A stretch of DNA of 36,720 nucleotides, from positions 1 to 36,720 of the forward strand of contig NW_024705527.1 in NCBI RefSeq assembly GCF_018977255.1, given 5' to 3'. A program made the translations under genes and the position numbers. Below the pieces are notes generated by a model, which saw only the letters and a list, made by a program, of their open reading frames with translations, was not told where the DNA came from and ran no database searches. Below, piece after piece: positions 11,030 through 21,191 of this stretch. Numbering within the stretch: the stretch's first letter is position 1; every line of letters starts with the position of its first letter. The DNA is from Callorhinchus milii (lineage: Eukaryota).

Positions 11030-11154
11030 CAATGCATCTGTGAGCAACAACGGATCCTGCGTGAACCCAGGAGAACAGGAGCACTTGTAGCTTCCGATGG
11101 TGTTAGAGCATTCCTGCTCACACGGTTTAGGCTGTTCTTCACATTCATTCAAAT
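11030..11154 (-). CDS. Host gene exon: calcium-binding EGF (1-nt frameshift)
   Basis: CAG/GTACGT; DLNECEEQPKPCEQECSNTIGSYKCSCSPGFTQDP then +1 nt VVAHRCI; 125 nt versus 126 expected. Confidence 0.88.
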
Positions 11155-11174
11155 CTGTATCGTTCAAGAGCACC

Positions 11175-11355
11175 GCATGCAGTCATCAGGCAATTGAGCT
11201 TAAACAAGACAGTATTGGCAATGTATCATGACAATTATTGCATTGCTTGCAACTAACAGCTATTCATTTAAATATGTATCATTCAGTAGCATTGCATGTA
11301 GTTATCAGGCAATTGAGCTTAAACAACACAGTATTGGCAATGTATCATAATAATT
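11175..11355. repeat. Local direct duplication of ~62 bp, period 119
   Basis: GCATGCAGTCATCAGGCAATTGAGCTTAAACAAGACAGTATTGGCAATGTATCAT at 11175 recurs with few changes at 11294. Confidence 0.8.
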
Positions 11356-11527
11356 CTTATATAGCTAGCTAAGCAGCAGGTCCAGAGGTATGTTTGAGGG
11401 TACGTAAGAACAATCATCAGATTAGAAACATAACATTTTAAAACAATGTTTAATCTTAAATGCTTTAAATAAACACAGTATTACTGACATCTCCTCTAAT
11501 GAATGGATACTAGGTGGGAGAAAGCAT

Positions 11528-12513
11528 AAAAATTAACCCGTAAAAACAAAGGTTTTCACTATAAATCCTTTATATGCGTGCATCGGTTTTATTTTATTAT
11601 TCATTTCTGTTTTTCTTGAGTAAGAGTTTCATTTTTATCACATTGGTATTTTAAATGAAATATGAAAAAAAAATTCCTAAAAAGTGGAAAATTTTGGAAA
11701 ATTTTCACGAAAATAAATAGTCACGCACAACGAGTCTATGTGCAAAATGTCAGCTCGATTGGATCATGGGAAGTGGGTTAAAAAACGACCGAAAGATTTG
11801 CACGGTCGTAAGCACGCAAGCAAGCAAGTGAACTTAATATAAAGGATTAAAAAATTAACCCGTAAAAACAAAGTTTTTCACTATAAATCCTTTATATGCG
11901 TGGCATCGGTTTTATTTTATTATTCATTTCTGTTTTCTTGAGTAAGAGTTTCATTTTTATCACATTGGTATTTTAAATTAAATATGAAAAAAATTTTCTA
12001 AAAAGTGGAAAATTTGGAAAAATTTTCACGAAAATAAATTGTCACGCAGAACGAGTCTGTGTGCAAAATGTCAGCTCGATTGGATCACTGGAAGTGGGTT
12101 AAAAAACGACCGAAAGATTTGCACGGTCGTAAGCGCACAAGCAAGCAAGTAAACTTAATATAAAGGATTTAAAATTAACCCGTAAAAACAAAGTTTTCAC
12201 TATAAATCCTTTATATGCGTGGCGGCTAGAGTTCTCTCGTCCTCTGGCTTGAGGTGGCTGCCACCTATGGGTCAGATGATTGCCTGCCACCATTAAGCAA
12301 TTGGTAATTCAATATAAAAACATTTTTCCTAAAAAGTGTAAAGTTATGGAAAAAAATTTCACGAAAATAAATTGTCACGCACAACGAGTCTGTATGCAAA
12401 ATGTCAGCTCGATTGGATCACGGAAAGTGGGTTAAAAAACGACCGAAAGATTTGCACGGTCATAAGCGCGCAAGCAAGCAAGCAAGTGAACTTAATATAA
12501 AGGATTTAAAAAA
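11528..12513. mobile_element. Three head-to-tail ~320-bp units, Helentron/HINE-like array
   Basis: Units start AAAATTAACCCGTAAAAACAAA at ~11528, 11851 and 12171; each has AATCCTTTATAT near its start, the inverse ATATAAAGGATT at its end and a (GCAA)n microsatellite; unit 3 has a replaced interior (~12225-12310). Confidence 0.65.
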
Positions 12514-12569
12514 TACAACAGATTGATCGTGCAATAGTATGTCAGCTGTGCTGGCAAATCCAGTTTTAC

Positions 12570-12692
12570 CTAAGCAGTTTTGCTTGCTTTTATCAAGGAC
12601 ATAACCAATGTTACAGGAGCAGGTTGGTCTCTTTGTGTTAGGATCAATAAAGCACCTTCCATTGGTACAGGCCAGTGTGCAGCTCACAATAG
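12570..12692 (-). CDS. Host gene exon: EGF-like
   Basis: 123 nt, phase 1-1; PIVSCTLACTNGRCFIDPNTKRPTCSCNIGYVLDKSKQNCL. Confidence 0.9.
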
Positions 12693-13785
12693 CTGAAAAA
12701 TAACATACAACATATACAGCGCATTAACCTCCATACGGTATTGCAGTGTAATTGTTCACAATTCAAATCGTAACGTGTGTAATGAAACAGTACAGTAATG
12801 CATACACAATGACTCAATATTTTTACAAGCAAATTTAATGTTTTTTTAATATTTGACTGTAAATATATATAGTATGTTGTAAAAAAATAATATGTTTGTA
12901 TGTACGTGCTTATACATTCAGTAAACTTATTAAACAGCTAACATGTGATGTTTGGGTGTAACGAGATGGCCAAAACAGATGAATGTGAAATGTAATGTTT
13001 AGATTACATTTTTGATGCAGGGCAATACTATATTGTACTCTAAATAATGACATTGATTTCCTTTATTCAAGCCTACCATCCATCCCACGATTAAAATGAT
13101 ACAGTGAAGTCATTTTCTAAATATTTAGTTATAATTTCCAATTCCTATTCTCTATGAGCCGTGTCCTTTCTCAAAGACTTCGGCGATCATGGCCTTCTTC
13201 AATTTGCCTCTGTCCATGATATAATACTTCACTCTCAGTTGCATCCAATTGGTCAAATTGCTTATGCACTGGTGACCATTGCCTAGATTTACGATTCAAA
13301 TATGTACTTTAAATCTTATAAAGGTTGAAAATATGAGCTATATGTAAGACTTTGGGTCAGTCACAGCATATATGGCAGCATTTGTATTCACATCTCTGAG
13401 GTACAGAATTAATATACACTGCCGTTCTTGTATTTGTTAATATTTCTATATTAAATTAAATCTGAATTAAACACACAGCAAACACTTATTAAGAACCAGT
13501 CTAGGACACAGGAAGTGTGGCCAGCATCACACCTCACCAGCTTTGTCTCCCTGATGCTGGTGTGTGCTCAACTGTGATTAATCACACGTATGACACGTAT
13601 AATTTGAGCACTCTGCTAATAGCTACGGGTAACCAGTTGCGTTTTTTAAATTATTATTTAAGTTAATGCAATGGTAATCAAGGATTGGGACCCTAGCCCC
13701 CGAAGTGCACAGTTTAGATTTGGGTGGATTAAGTGCCCTTTCAGCCGCGTGTTGTTACATTAGCTCCAATAAATAATGTCTAACT

Positions 13786-14113
13786 ACTCTTAGGTTTTTT
13801 CGGTAAAGTCACGTAGGTAAAAAATAATAAAATTAAAATTAATAAAAGTAATAATAAATCACGACATTTTGGAAGCAACACAAGTCTCCGTCATCAGGTG
13901 GGACCGTCACAGCTAGATTTACTGTATCAAGTGAGGCAAAAAATTCCAAGATATAAGTTCTTAAATACAAGTTAAGGGGGGAGGAGGGGGAGGGGCTTAT
14001 CTGAATGTGGTAGCCAATGAATGGGGGGGGGGTGGGGCTAAAAGAGAACAACAAGTGCACATGCTAGAGGTGCACATGCTAAATTATTGCAGTCACGAAA
14101 GCTTCAAATCTAG
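13786..14113. mobile_element. Non-coding mini Penelope derivative: inverted pLTR with decayed hammerhead plus 26-nt tail, 15-bp TSD
   Basis: AAATAATGTCTAACT at 13771-13785 and 14114-14128; left end matches TTCGGTAAAGTCACGTAG; right end TGCAGTCACGAAAGCTT (14088-14104); minus-strand CTGATGA..CAAAATGTC at 13858-13902. Confidence 0.85.
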
Positions 14114-14223
14114 AAATAATGTCTAACTGTTCAATTTACGTCAATCGACTGACAGGAGCTCGGTGGAGTCGCCTCGCGTTTTACGTAACGCGGGGTTGAA
14201 ATGGCGCGTTCGATTAACTCGCA

Positions 14224-14505
14224 CTTATTTTTGTTGTACATGCGCGCACTATGAATGGAAATAACGAGCGCTTATTTTTGTTGTACATGCGCGCACTATG
14301 AATGGAAATAACGAGCGCTTATTTTTGTTGTACATGCGCGCACTATGAATGGAAATAACGAGCGCTTATTTTTGTTGTACATGCGCGCACTATGAATGGA
14401 AATAACGAGCGCTTATTTTTGTTGTACATGCGCGCACTATGAATGGAAATAACGAGCGCTTATTTTTGTTGTACATGCGCGCACTATGAATGGAAATAAC
14501 GAGCG
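14224..14505. repeat. Perfect 47-bp x6 minisatellite
   Basis: CTTATTTTTGTTGTACATGCGCGCACTATGAATGGAAATAACGAGCG at 14224, 14271, 14318, 14365, 14412 and 14459, with no spacers. Confidence 0.97.
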
Positions 14506-15399
14506 CGTTTGGGACGCGACGCAGACGGAGCGCGCCTTGCGGAGCTGATCGCGAGTCGGGGGGCAAAGTTGAGTGGCGTTGATGCCTCGAAGTGCCGCAG
14601 CATCAGCAGCAAGCAAGCGGCAAGCAGTACTGACAACCACCACACGTGGGGGCAGCATCAGTCAGCAATCTCCTCCACTCCTCCCCTTCCACCACTTAGT
14701 ATTTGCGCGGAAAATCGGCTTCGTGGCGAGTTCTTTAATCAGTATTACGAGTGTTAATAAACTTGTTTACTTTGAGCAATACAACTCGAATCAATAGCTA
14801 TAACGGAGTTGGAAGATGATGAGTGCGTTTTGGTTTTGAAAAACGGAATTCGTTTTTGCAATTGCAAACACTTGGTGGTAGTGGTGTTGTTGCGATGTAG
14901 AGCTGTACATTGGAAAGGCGCACGATGGCTGATCAGAGCTTGGTTTCAACATTGAGCGAGCTAATGGGGCTGGGCAGAACATGCGCTATGGCAGCGGTGA
15001 CATTAATATAAGAAACAATAACTGTTTTTGATGTTTTGTCAGTTAAATATGATTTATCTCATTGACGTTGTTCATAGAATTCGATGTTAAACGAAACGTG
15101 TAAGTATTATGATGAACTCGGACGTTTAGGAGGGACGTTATTAATGTTTCGGGCAGATGTTTGTATGTTAAATGTTCCTAGATATGATCGTTATTGGGCG
15201 ATTAAGTACAGGAGGAGAGGGGACAGGGGCTGGACCGGCTCTACTAATTTTTATACAAATATTTATTTTAAAGGCTACGTTGACTTTGGGGAGGCCTGGG
15301 TCAAATTTGGATATCGCCAGCCGTCGACGTGCATTGCCAGGTATTTAAATCGACATTTGCCACTATTGCAACCAATCACCACTCTACACATTGTATGTA

Positions 15400-16151
15400 T
15401 GTAGTGCCTGAAATATGCGCCACGCGCGGGGCACGTGTGCGCAGAGTACAGTGGGAGCATACGAGGTCGAGGTTGTTTTTGTCGTCTCGATGCAAGGAGG
15501 AGGCCAGAGACGGGTAGGGGGCAATTAAGGACACAGGGCGCCGATTGGCTGGGATTTGTTATTGTCTAAATGCGACGCCACGCTGTCTGAGGACAGTAAC
15601 AGGTGGTAGAGGGCGATTAAGGATGCAGGGCGCTGATTGGCCGGGAGGTTGTTGTCGTCGCTAAGTGGCGCCACGTTGTCTGGAACACGTGGCAGGTGCC
15701 AGCGGGGGGCTGGGGGCGAGGGGCGTCGCGGGGGACGCCACCTGATTAATTAGAGATTAATTGGCTTGGGCTAAAAGAGAGGGGGTTTTGAAGGAGACGG
15801 GAGTTCGTGCCTGGGAGGAGAAGAAGAATGTTGGAGCGGAAACAGCGGAGCCAGCAGCAGTGGAGAAGTATAGGGTAGCAGTGGAGAAGTATAGGGTAGC
15901 AGTGGAGAAGTATAGGGTAGCAGTGGAGAAGTATAGGGTAGCAGTGTGACGGCGAAGCTGATAAAGAGCGGCTGAACTGTGACGGAGAGAGTGGAGAGGA
16001 GAGTCGACAGAATGAGAGACGCGGAGCGAGCGAGGCCGGCGGAACGCGGCGGCGAGCGAGCGGAGAACGCGCTGAAGGAATGTTGATCGGTATTAGCGGA
16101 ATAAAGTGAGGAAGAAAAGCAAGAAGCTGTCATGTCGAGTTCAGCACTACA
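15400..16151 (+). mobile_element. Solo LTR (752 bp), Gypsy-like, 4-bp TSD
   Basis: Starts TGTAGTGCCTGAA and ends TTCAGCACTACA (inverted termini, TG..CA); TGTA at 15396-15399 and 16152-16155; AATAAA at 16100; internal 21-bp repeat. Confidence 0.8.
15857..15946. repeat. 21-bp tandem repeat, ~4.3 copies, inside the solo LTR
   Basis: GCAGTGGAGAAGTATAGGGTA repeated four times plus a partial copy. Confidence 0.95.
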
Positions 16152-16557
16152 TGTATACACACACCATCATTACTTTTACTTCCAAAACATAAGTAAATGT
16201 TTCCCTTTACTGTATTTTTCTACGTTAACATTTATTGGAGCGGAAGAAGACTACATTAAAATGTTTAATACTGTCACGTAGAATATTTAGCTTTGCTTTT
16301 ATGCGATTTGCAAGTTACAGGCAACACAATCCTACAGAAATGTTAAACATTACAGTTTGATGTGCGTACTAAATGTTTAACATATCGTATAGTGTACTCA
16401 TTGTGGTAGCACCAACAAGAATAAATACAGTAAAAATACCCACGGCAAATGGAAAATAGGGTCCCGATTACACCAGAAGATGCGTGTCTCAATCAAGTGC
16501 ACTGTGAAACAACCTGGACACATTATGCGCAGAATAAATTACGTGCCGTTAACTCAC

Positions 16558-16695
16558 GCTGACAACTTATGCCATCTTGCTGCATCTTGAAGCCACCGAA
16601 GCAGCTGCAGTTGTAGCCCTGGCTGTTCTCAAAGAGGTTCAGCTCATTGCATACCTGAGCGCATTTGTTGTTCCCATCACTGCACTCGTCAACGT
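16558..16695 (-). CDS. Host gene exon: cbEGF-like (absent from the ORF track)
   Basis: 138 nt, TAG/GTGAGT; DVDECSDGNNKCAQVCNELNLFENSQGYNCSCFGGFKMQQDGISCQ. Confidence 0.92.
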
Positions 16696-17740
16696 CTATA
16701 AAGTGAACGAGAAGCGAAATTAAGACGATGCTTAAAAGGACAAATTAACGCAATTGTATATACATTTAAAAAAATAACTATCTCGGCACACGCTGGATAT
16801 CTAAAAATATAAACAGCTGCACACAGTATATCCTCTTATCTGCAGTGATGTTGTTGGGAGATTGAATTTTGTGGTTGCGATTAACCACACATTTACTTAA
16901 CGTATACATTTTACAATAGGAAACCAAAGGGTCATGGATAATAGGGTTCCACAAATCCTACAGCTTGTGGATAATAAGAGTCGTGGATAATCGGGTTACA
17001 GATCATAGGAATTATACTTTTATTAACAGTCATCCATTTATAGATACCCAACTGATGATATCTGACTCCATATACGTGACTGTAATGTTGATAACAGGAC
17101 ACGCTAAATGTTAATGAAACAGTGTAAATCTACAGAAGTGTGTGTACTGACGGCATTTTTGGGTATAAATGATTAACAAGTGCAGCAGAACACCAATAAT
17201 TCCAACTTTAATATTCTACGAATCCTTGTAATTCGCGGATAATTATAATTGTTGGTTCGCGATGCCTTTCGGTAATTCCGCGGCAAACCGCGGTGGATTC
17301 AAAATGCTTCACGAAAATGGAAATCACGATCCGTGCAAGCAGGTGGGGCGAACGTGGGGACTGCTCTGTCGAGGTTTTTTGAGTAACAAAACGATACGCG
17401 TTGATAACGGATTTGCACAATTTGGGTCTGAGAAGAAACGAAACCACTCGCGGATGAATTTAGGCAAGGTTCCCCTGTCATGCGCACATTTTTCACGGAT
17501 TAATGGAATCTTTCATCCTATTATCTGCATCACACAACCGCGCGGGCGCAAAAGAACACATTGCACGGATTGTTTGGTCAAACCTGCGCGGTGTGCTGCT
17601 GATTACATGATTTGTGACATAACCTCTCAAATCAACACGAATTATTGGATTTCTGATGTGCTGTATATGTGCAAACGAATTGCTGTAAGCATTGTGAAAG
17701 CAACCTCAGTTACTACTAAAAGGCTACAGAGATAAGTTAC

Positions 17741-18010
17741 CTGTTCTTTGCGTCACAGATACCCCATCATTGGAGTTATTCCCATGATCAATGGTTTTCA
17801 CGTTGATGACATAGATGACACCTGCTCTCAAATTATCAAACTTGGCGATGAGTAACCCATATGGACTGATGGAAAGGGCAGAAACGTTTGCCGGAAAGAT
17901 GAGCACCGAATATTGTGCCACGTCGCCCTGAGCGCTCGTCCAGACAATTTCCAAGGACTTGTTGGTCACTCCTTGACTGGTGAAGGTCAAATTCCTTGCA
18001 TTCCCTGGAA
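17741..18010 (-). CDS. Host gene exon: fibronectin type III domain
   Basis: 270 nt, phase 1-1; VPGNARNLTF..VTNKSLEIVWTSAQGDVAQYSV..FDNLRAGVIYVINVKT..VTQRT. Confidence 0.93.
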
Positions 18011-20169
18011 CTGATGAGTACAAAACGATTTAGTATGGCGTTAACTATGGACAGGAAATTCAAACATTTGTGCCCTTCAAACCAGCATCCGGTTTGATAA
18101 TAAGACACACGTCCCGATGTGTGTTGAACTTCTTTCGCACCCTACATAGCCAACCATGCTAATCGGTTGTGCACGTTGGTAGAAGCTATACATTAAAAAC
18201 TGGAATGTCACTGCCTCAATTTGTTGCTGTTGCGTGTTGTGGTTGTTTTTAACACGCGCCAACATGTGTTAAAATGTACTAACTCCAACAGGGGGGAAAT
18301 ATCACAATAGATGATATACCCTTATACAGTAAATGAATAAGCACCTGTCTTCATGAAATGATTTCATCACTCCATCTCCACTGGTTTTTCCTTGTGGTGT
18401 GCATTGCTCTCTTTTGGCTGGCGCTCCGTCACCAGATTTGTGAATCGGCCATGCATGCTCACTTTATTCAACGGTTTTATTTAACTTCACTTGTGTTTGT
18501 CGTGGTCAAATCTTGTAATCAAAAGTTAGTCTACTTCCTGCTGTCCAATCAATTCCAAATATTGTACACGTACTCAGCTCCGGTGACAATGCACGCCTAT
18601 GTGAAAATCGGCATCAATTAATCAATTAATTACCTCCTTTCAAGCAATTACAATTTTTGTATGGACGGCAAATTAATTATATATTTTTGTGAAGGTCAAA
18701 AAACGCCGCGGTCCCTAAACTGTGGAATCTACTCGCACAAAACGCAGGCGCCATTTACGTACTGTACTTCTCGACCGTGAGTTAAACGAAGTTGTTAATA
18801 AAAGCGTTGTTTAAAAAAAAGTTTTTAAAGGAGTGTATCTTCAGTTAATCTGCTGTCTTTTCCTTTAAGAGGTGTTTTTTGGGTTAGATCGCGTAAATAT
18901 AAATGTGTCGTTAAACCGACACCACCCGACACAGCCATTTAGTAAGGTTTGTCACGTAAACAAAACGTGGCAATTAGTTACTACTTCAGCACATCGGTGT
19001 GTTGGAGAGTAAACCCCATTGATATTTACGTGATCTAACACAAAACACTTGTTTTATGTATATTGGTCGCGAAAGTCTACGTATTAAACGGGTTTGTGTT
19101 TGTTCCCTCATCCAAATGTGCCCTCCCGTGACGGTTTCAGTCTGTGAACATATCCCTATGCTTACCCGTCCATACATCAAAGATAGCAGCAAAATATATG
19201 GAACGCTTTTTTTAGTTATACATCTGTATCTCCATTTATCAAGTTAAAATTCACAAGAATTGCTCTATTCTGATGTCTTTCATTCATCATTTTAATCCTG
19301 ATCCACTTGCAATGATTACCCTGGGTATATACAACACAAAACAACACAAAAATGTGCACTGTGCATACAAAATGTCTTCGGGCCTTAAGCATTATGCAAA
19401 CCCGCCAGTTCCTGAAGAATTGCAATGTGGCCATCTTGTATTAAGTTGAGCTAATTTGTCTAATCAACAGACAGAGAACGGTAGACCAAGTTTGTCATTA
19501 TTGACTCAGAAGAATATTACACAGTAACCTAATTAATGCTCATTGCTGGCAGGCCTACTTCTGGAACGCTCACATTCGTTGGGTATTCAGTCCCCACTTC
19601 TACACTCTGGGGATACCCATACGATTACCTCAGAAAACAATAAATTCAACTATGTAAATGACGAGTAATTTACAAATTTGCTTTTAAATTGTCTCTTCAA
19701 TAATTGTATTTTGTTTTGGACACGTATACGTGAGTTTTCCTGACGTTTGTTATGAGTATAACTTGTGGCACTCTGCAAGTGAAAGTTTTTGTAGTTTTCA
19801 TTGGTATTTATAATGCCTATGTTAGAAAATCTAATATCGTTAATACAGGAAGTACTTCCTTTATTAAACACGTTCACAAAAATATCTTAGGTGCTATGTA
19901 AAGAATATAATTATTTCATCGCCTTGACTTCTTTTCAGATGTAGTGAGTGTTGGGGTTTGAGAAGCAATATTGTACAAATCATGATTGAAATACAGTATA
20001 TAACATTTATGGTATTATATATGATGATCATCATGTACGTGATCTACTGCATTAGTTTAAAAAAAAATCATACACATTACGTTGATTTTTCAAATACGTA
20101 TTCTTCTTCAAGCATACATTTTTTTGCAAATACTATACAATAGTTATGTATCATACTATACAATAGTTA

Positions 20170-20300
20170 TATATTCTAACCATCGAACAAAGACGATCAC
20201 TGCATTGCGCGCTTTCAGATGCACTTCTGCGGCCGTCTGGAATGCTCTTCCGATATTAGGAAGCCACTGCAGCTGTGCACTTTTAAATCTAGATTGAAAA
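20170..20300 (+). mobile_element. L2/CR1-clade LINE ORF2 C-terminal remnant
   Basis: Translates as RTKTITALRAFRCTSAAVWNALP, resembling the RAF...AP..WNxLP end motif of L2 ORF2. Confidence 0.5.
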
Positions 20301-20466
20301 CTAATTTCCTTGGAACTGCTTTTTGTATTTAGTTTATTGTCCTTGCCCCGCACCTCTGATTAGCACAGAAGTTCAACATAATACATATTGTTTGTACAAT
20401 ATTGACATTGAATAAATGTCCCTCAAATCGGCTAAAATGGCTTCGATGTAGTTGGAGTGTAAATAC

Positions 20467-20736
20467 CTGTCCTCGCAGTCACAGACACTCCTTCACCAGA
20501 GAGATTTCCTTTCCCAATGGCTTTCACAGTGATGATGTATAGGACTCCGGGTCTCAGCCCAGCAAAATTGGCATTGAGTGAACCATTCGGGCTAACAGCA
20601 ATGGAGGGTGAATCTCCAGGAGAGATTAATGCTGTGTATCGTTCAACATCTCCCAGAGCACTCAGCCAAATGACTTGCAGAGATGTGTTTGTTACTCCTC
20701 CACTGGCAAGAGTTAGATTTCTTGGCAAACCTGGTA
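20467..20736 (-). CDS. Host gene exon: fibronectin type III domain
   Basis: 270 nt, phase 1-1; VPGLPRNLTL..VTNTSLQVIW..FAGLRPGVLYIITVKA..VTART; paralogous to the exon at 17741. Confidence 0.93.
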
Positions 20737-21191
20737 CTGGAAAGTTGCATGTAAATAAACAACATACATTATGGGTAACCATCTTAGATGGTGCTGTATT
20801 GTTCATTGTAGAAGTTGTATGGATATATGACGTAATGTATACATTTTAAGCACTTAATATATATTTCATATCGCCAATGAATTTCCCAATTGTATTATCA
20901 TAAACTTGTCGTGGAATGAACGTAGATATAGGCGAGCTCTCACATTATCTCTAGAGGGTTAGCCACATTTAAAATTACCTATGGGATATTAATGTTATTA
21001 TGCAATAATATACAATTCACACGATAATTTATGCAGCACAATAATTGGTGTTCACATTGAGACCATAAACCGACTCCTGTACATTTCAGAACCTGGTTTA
21101 ACAAACGGTGGATATCCACATTTTAAATCGAGATCTTAACACTGCTAGCGGAATAGTCAGGCATAGGTCCTGTTTACATAACATAACTAAC

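Noticed and set aside
14224..14505. Regular 47-bp repeats as a CRISPR array
   Set aside because: Units are contiguous and identical with no spacers, no cas genes, and the context is a eukaryotic intron.
14989..15000. TGGCAGCGGTG as a tRNA-Leu primer-binding site
   Set aside because: Not adjacent to an identifiable LTR end and no gag/pol follows.
16820..19340. Possible DNA-transposon fragments around the FN3 exon (GGATAAT repeats, CpG-rich stretches)
   Set aside because: Could not define paired termini or TSDs.
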